Below, in pieces: positions 60,235 through 64,000 of a stretch of DNA of 64,000 nucleotides (position 1 is its first letter; each line of letters starts with the position of its first letter). Origin of the DNA: a bacterium (GTDB lineage: Bacteria > Actinomycetota > Acidimicrobiia > Spongiisociales > UBA5794); contig JAAETI010000355.1 of assembly GCA_024228555.1 (NCBI GenBank), forward strand, positions 3,602 through 67,601, in the 5' to 3' direction. Position numbers and translations under genes: made by a program. The notes beneath the pieces are model-generated. The model had not been told where the DNA came from and did no database searches. It saw nothing but the letters and a program-made list of their open reading frames with translations.

Positions 60235-61575
60235 ATGGCCCATACGAGCGCAAGCGGTCTTCCCCGGGCGCGTCCGTTCCAAAGGCTGATTGCCCGAGGT
60301 GCCCGGCTGCTGGCCAGGGGAATCTATCGATCGGTTGAAGTCGAGAACGAGGAGACCGGTTGGAGCCGACATCCGGTCATCCTTGTTGCCAACCATCCCA
60401 CCGGCTTCTCGGACCCGGCCCTGTTGCTGGGCCTGTTGGAACGGAGCCCACGCTTTCTGGCAAAGGCGACGTTGTGGAAGACGCCGGGTCTTGGCTGGTT
60501 TCTGGACCGCATCGGGGCGATCCCCGTCTACCGCGCTCAGGACGGATCAACGGCACGGAACGACGAGATGTTTGCAGCGGCTTTTGATGCGCTCCGCGCC
60601 CATGACACGATTGCGTTGTTTCCTGAAGGCGGCGCGGTCGACGCCGCTTCGATCGGGCCAATCAAGACCGGTGCGGCACGGCTCGCCCTTGGGGCTCGGG
60701 CCGCCGGCATCGCAGGGCTCCAAGTTGTCCCGGTGGGGATCCACTACGAGGACAAGGCTGCGGTGCGAAAAAGAGCCTATGTAAAGGTGGGCGATGTCAT
60801 CGACTTGGATCATGGGCTCGATGAATGGGTCGATTCCGATCGAGTCAAACCAGAGGATCACCAGGCGGTGCAACAGGTGACCGAGGAGATTGAGTCAAGA
60901 CTTCGGGCCTGCGCTCCGGATCACGCATCGGGTGAGGAGGCTCAAACGCTGTCGTTTGCCGGGGCTGTGGCGCTGCGCGAACCGACCACGCCGTGGGTGT
61001 CGTATGCCGACCGGGAAAGGGTGTCTGCTCGCCTCGGCCAGGTGGGCTCTGAAGCTCGGCTGGATGTCGTCAACCGGGCTAACCCCTATGCCGCGGAATT
61101 GGCGGCGGCGAGAGTCAGAGATACGGATGTGATGTTGGCGCAGGGCAAGACCGGGTTACGTCAGAGTTTGATCGGGGTGCTGGCCCTGCTGATCGTATTG
61201 GCTCCGTTTGCGGTTGCTGGGATCATCCTCAACTTCCTGCCGTATGTGGCGTTGCGGGCCGCCATGCGGATGCGCCACGACGCGATGACTCCATCAACGA
61301 TCCGCCTGTTCGCCGCGATCTTCCTTTTCTTCTTGATGTGGCTCACCTGGATGGTGGTCGCGTGGAGCTTGTGGGACTGGCGAATGGCACTGGTTACCTT
61401 GGTGGCCTGCCCGGTTTATGGGGGCGTTGCTGTGGCGGTCTTGGATCGCTCAGTTCGCTGGTGGCGTGATTGGTCAGGCCGGCGCCGGGTCCGGCGGCTC
61501 GGCTCGGGTGTCCTGGAGCTGTTGGAGCAGCGGCGATTGGTTGTTTCGAGTGTGGAGGAGGCGTTGGCTGCATGA
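60235..61575 (+). CDS. Phospholipid/glycerol acyltransferase (PlsC-like) with C-terminal TM region
   Basis: VANHPTGFSD (HxxxxD), FLAKATLW, IPVYR, LFPEG, KTGAARLAL, VPVGI.Y. Confidence 0.9.
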   Translation: MAHTSASGLPRARPFQRLIARGARLLARGIYRSVEVENEETGWSRHPVILVANHPTGFSDPALLLGLLERSPRFLAKATLWKTPGLGWFLDRIGAIPVYRAQDGSTARNDEMFAAAFDALRAHDTIALFPEGGAVDAASIGPIKTGAARLALGARAAGIAGLQVVPVGIHYEDKAAVRKRAYVKVGDVIDLDHGLDEWVDSDRVKPEDHQAVQQVTEEIESRLRACAPDHASGEEAQTLSFAGAVALREPTTPWVSYADRERVSARLGQVGSEARLDVVNRANPYAAELAAARVRDTDVMLAQGKTGLRQSLIGVLALLIVLAPFAVAGIILNFLPYVALRAAMRMRHDAMTPSTIRLFAAIFLFFLMWLTWMVVAWSLWDWRMALVTLVACPVYGGVAVAVLDRSVRWWRDWSGRRRVRRLGSGVLELLEQRRLVVSSVEEALAA

Positions 61576-61853
61576 GTCCGTTTTGGGCGGGAGTCCTCAT
61601 CGTCCTGACCGTTGTGCCGGTGGTTGCGCTCTCGGTGTTTTCGATCGTCGACACGGTGCGTCGTCCCGATTTGTCGGCAGCAACCAAGGTGGTGTGGATC
61701 GCAGGTATCGCCTTGGTTCCTCTCGTCGGCGGCGCGGCGTATTTGATCTTCCGGCCCACCAAGCCCGGAGACATTCGGGGTTTTGGTCGACGGGGCAGGC
61801 GAAGCAGCCGGTTCAATGAGTTGGTACCCGGCGGTGACGAAGAGGACCGCTAG
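61572..61853 (+). CDS. PLDc N-terminal domain small membrane protein
   Basis: SIVDTVRRPDL...KVVWI..I..VPLVG.AAYLIFRP; ATGA overlap with upstream stop. Confidence 0.82.
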   Translation: MSPFWAGVLIVLTVVPVVALSVFSIVDTVRRPDLSAATKVVWIAGIALVPLVGGAAYLIFRPTKPGDIRGFGRRGRRSSRFNELVPGGDEEDR

Positions 61854-61912
61854 GCGGTTCAGCCTGCCGAAGTCCCCCAAGTTCAGCGCCCCTGCCTCTA
61901 CGCTGCGGTGCG

Positions 61913-62728
61913 ATGGAGCCGAGCCGAAACGGATGGCGGGGACGAGTCCGCCACATCATCTTTGACCATGACACGCCTGAATCAAGGGCGTTCGATGTAT
62001 TCCTGCTTGCCCTAATCAGCTTCAGCGTGCTGCTCGTCATGCTCGAGACCGTCGAGGAGCTTGACGACCGCTACGGCGACCTTCTGCTCACGCTCGAGTG
62101 GATCGTGACGATCCTGTTCACTGTGGAGTATCTCGCCCGGCTGGCAACCGTCGATAACAAGCTCCGCTATGCCCGAAGCTTCTTCGGCATCGTTGACTTG
62201 TTGGCGATCTTGCCGGTTTATTTGAGCTTGTTCGGTCCGGGTACGCAGTCTCTCCTTGTCATCCGGTCGCTGCGGCTGTTGCGAGTCTTTCGGGTGTTCA
62301 AGATGGCGCGGTGGATGAGCGATGCGAACTATCTGGTGCGGGCCATCAAGGCAAGCTCCCGCAAGATCGTCGTGTTCCTGATCGTGGTGGTTCTCATCAA
62401 CGTCATCGTTGGCTCGACCATGTACCTGATCGAAGGCCCGGAGCATGGGTTCGACTCGATGTTCCGCGGGCTCTATTGGTCGATAGTCACAATGAGCACC
62501 GTCGGCTTCGGCGACATCGCGCCTTCGACACCTCCCGGTCAGATTCTGGCTGCGATCCTGATGATCACCGGCTACAGCGTCATCGCGGTGCCAACCGGAA
62601 TCGTCTCCGCAGAGGTGGCAGTCGCAGGTCAGCGGGAGACGTCGTGCCCCGGTTGCGGCTCGGCGGTGCATTCGAGGACGGCCCGCTTCTGCGACGCATG
62701 CGGCTCTGAACTTTCCAGCGGTTCCTAG
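61913..62728 (+). CDS. Ion transporter (Kv-like potassium channel) with C-terminal zinc ribbon
   Basis: S4 RSLRLLRVFRVFK, pore YWSIVTMSTVGFGD, CPGCG..CDACG. Confidence 0.92.
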   Translation: MEPSRNGWRGRVRHIIFDHDTPESRAFDVFLLALISFSVLLVMLETVEELDDRYGDLLLTLEWIVTILFTVEYLARLATVDNKLRYARSFFGIVDLLAILPVYLSLFGPGTQSLLVIRSLRLLRVFRVFKMARWMSDANYLVRAIKASSRKIVVFLIVVVLINVIVGSTMYLIEGPEHGFDSMFRGLYWSIVTMSTVGFGDIAPSTPPGQILAAILMITGYSVIAVPTGIVSAEVAVAGQRETSCPGCGSAVHSRTARFCDACGSELSSGS

Positions 62729-62740
62729 CGGGACGCGAAA

Positions 62741-62776
62741 AAGAAGACGGGCCACCCGAAGGTGGCCCGTCTTCTT
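62741..62776. terminator. Bidirectional terminator-like hairpin between convergent genes
   Basis: aagaagacgggccacc-cgaa-ggtggcccgtcttctt 16-bp perfect stem. Confidence 0.8.
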
Positions 62777-62778
62777 CT

Positions 62779-62824
62779 GTTCTTGCGTAGATCGGTGCGC
62801 ATATGCAACGGCGATGTACGCAAG
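62779..62824. repeat. REP-like palindromic element
   Basis: cttgcgtagatcg ... cgatgtacgcaag arms 12/13 complementary. Confidence 0.65.
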
Positions 62825-62833
62825 TTTGGTTTC

Positions 62834-64000
62834 TTAGAGTCCGACTCGCTCGTTGAACTGACCGATCAGTTCGTCGATGGGATCGACCATGGCCTGGATT
62901 GAGGTCCAGTAGTCCGGGTCGTACCACTGCGCCTGGATCTCGTCGTAGGTCTTGCCTTGCTGCTCGACCCACGTGTAGTACTTCAGGTTGTGGACCCGCT
63001 TCTTGTCGTAGTACGACAGTTCCTGAACGTGGTCGATGCCTGCTCCGTGAAGGTGGCGTGCCATCGTGGCGGCCGCATTGACGTTCGTGAACTCGCCGCG
63101 CTCTTCGTTGAGCTCGACAAGACGTGATCCGTACATTTCCATCGAGTCGGTACCGACGGTCATGATGACGTCGTTGGAATCCATCTCGTAGTACTTCGCC
63201 ATCTTGATGGCGGACAACATGTTGCCAACACCGGAGATACCAAGCAGCGGCAGCTGCTCGATGAGATCGGGCTTTACACCCTGATCGACGAGGTAGCTGA
63301 CACCTGCAGGTTCGTTGAACAAGCGGATGATCTCCATCGATGCCTCATCGTCGAGACCGATACCGAGATCGGTGTTCTTGACGTTGTGCACCCATGGGAT
63401 GTGTTTGTCGCCGATACCTTCGATGCGATGCTCGCCAAACCCGTTGTACAGGATGGTCGGGCATTGCACGGCTTCGCCTGCTGCAATCTTGGAGGTCGGG
63501 AAGACCTGCTTGAGATAGTCGCCGGAACCGATGGTTCCTGCCGAGCCGGTTGTCAGGGTGACGCCGGCGAACCGGTCGTTGGGACCCATGACCTGGTTGA
63601 GTACCTCAACCATTGCGGGGCCGGTCACTGCGTAGTGCCACAGGTAGTTGCCGAACTCGTCGAACTGGTTGAAGATGACGAGGTCCTGGCCGGACTGCCG
63701 CAACTCGTTGCACTTGTCGAAGATCTCTTTGACGTTGGACTCTGAGCCCGGTGTTTTGATGATCTCGCCTGCAACGCTCTCGAGCCACTCGAACCGTTCC
63801 CGGCTCATGCCCTCGGGGAGGATGGCGATGGATTCGCAACCGAGAAGGTTGGAGTCGTATGCGCCACCCCGGCAGTAGTTGCCGGTCGAAGGCCACACGG
63901 CCTTCTGGGTTGCCGGGTCGAACTGGCCGGTGACCAGCCGCGGGGCCAGACATCCGAACGCAGCGCCGACTTTGTGGGCACCGGTCGGGAACCACTTGCC
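62834..64000 (-). CDS. Fold-type II PLP-dependent enzyme ('pyridoxal-5-phosphate-dependent protein subunit beta'), 5' part outside window
   Basis: Frame open to the window edge: KWFPTGAHKVGAAFGCL, WPSTGNYCRGG, TGSAGTIG.GDYLK, HRIEGIGDKH.PW, NLKYYTWVEQQGK. Confidence 0.88.
   Translation of the reverse strand, partial: GKWFPTGAHKVGAAFGCLAPRLVTGQFDPATQKAVWPSTGNYCRGGAYDSNLLGCESIAILPEGMSRERFEWLESVAGEIIKTPGSESNVKEIFDKCNELRQSGQDLVIFNQFDEFGNYLWHYAVTGPAMVEVLNQVMGPNDRFAGVTLTTGSAGTIGSGDYLKQVFPTSKIAAGEAVQCPTILYNGFGEHRIEGIGDKHIPWVHNVKNTDLGIGLDDEASMEIIRLFNEPAGVSYLVDQGVKPDLIEQLPLLGISGVGNMLSAIKMAKYYEMDSNDVIMTVGTDSMEMYGSRLVELNEERGEFTNVNAAATMARHLHGAGIDHVQELSYYDKKRVHNLKYYTWVEQQGKTYDEIQAQWYDPDYWTSIQAMVDPIDELIGQFNERVGL

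Overview
GC-rich bacterial chromosomal window. Cys-containing SLH-like repeats, a HAIR site, a RaaS-type TetR and DivIVA/PGPGW proteins point to Actinomycetota, probably Acidimicrobiia (inference). No rRNA, tRNA, CRISPR array or intact transposase was recognised. The core (~16-48 kb) is a selenium/molybdenum-dependent purine-catabolism-type island: two BMP-family ABC importers, a Se-dependent xanthine dehydrogenase-type enzyme, ssnA, ygfK, ygfM-xdhD-xdhC-yqeB-yqeC, a MocA-like enzyme and gdhA. The most interesting signals are: (i) a repeated TT(G/T)AC-N5-GT(A/C)(A/C/G)A palindrome upstream of four transcription units of the island, two copies flanking a small uncharacterised thiamine-binding-fold + HTH_22 gene pair, suggesting an undescribed regulon; (ii) two tandem paralogous unknown proteins behind gdhA that look like non-phosphorylatable receiver domains; (iii) a CoA-transferase that appears to need a non-canonical ATA start; (iv) decayed CHAT-peptidase and acyl-CoA-ligase relics; (v) REP-like hairpin families. 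Flanks hold a DUF1800/DUF1501 pair, a two-component system, hsp20, surE, a UvrD-like helicase, a RaaS-like efflux operon and a protease-MoxR-DUF58-VWA operon. All calls are from motif reading by eye; no database searches were run.
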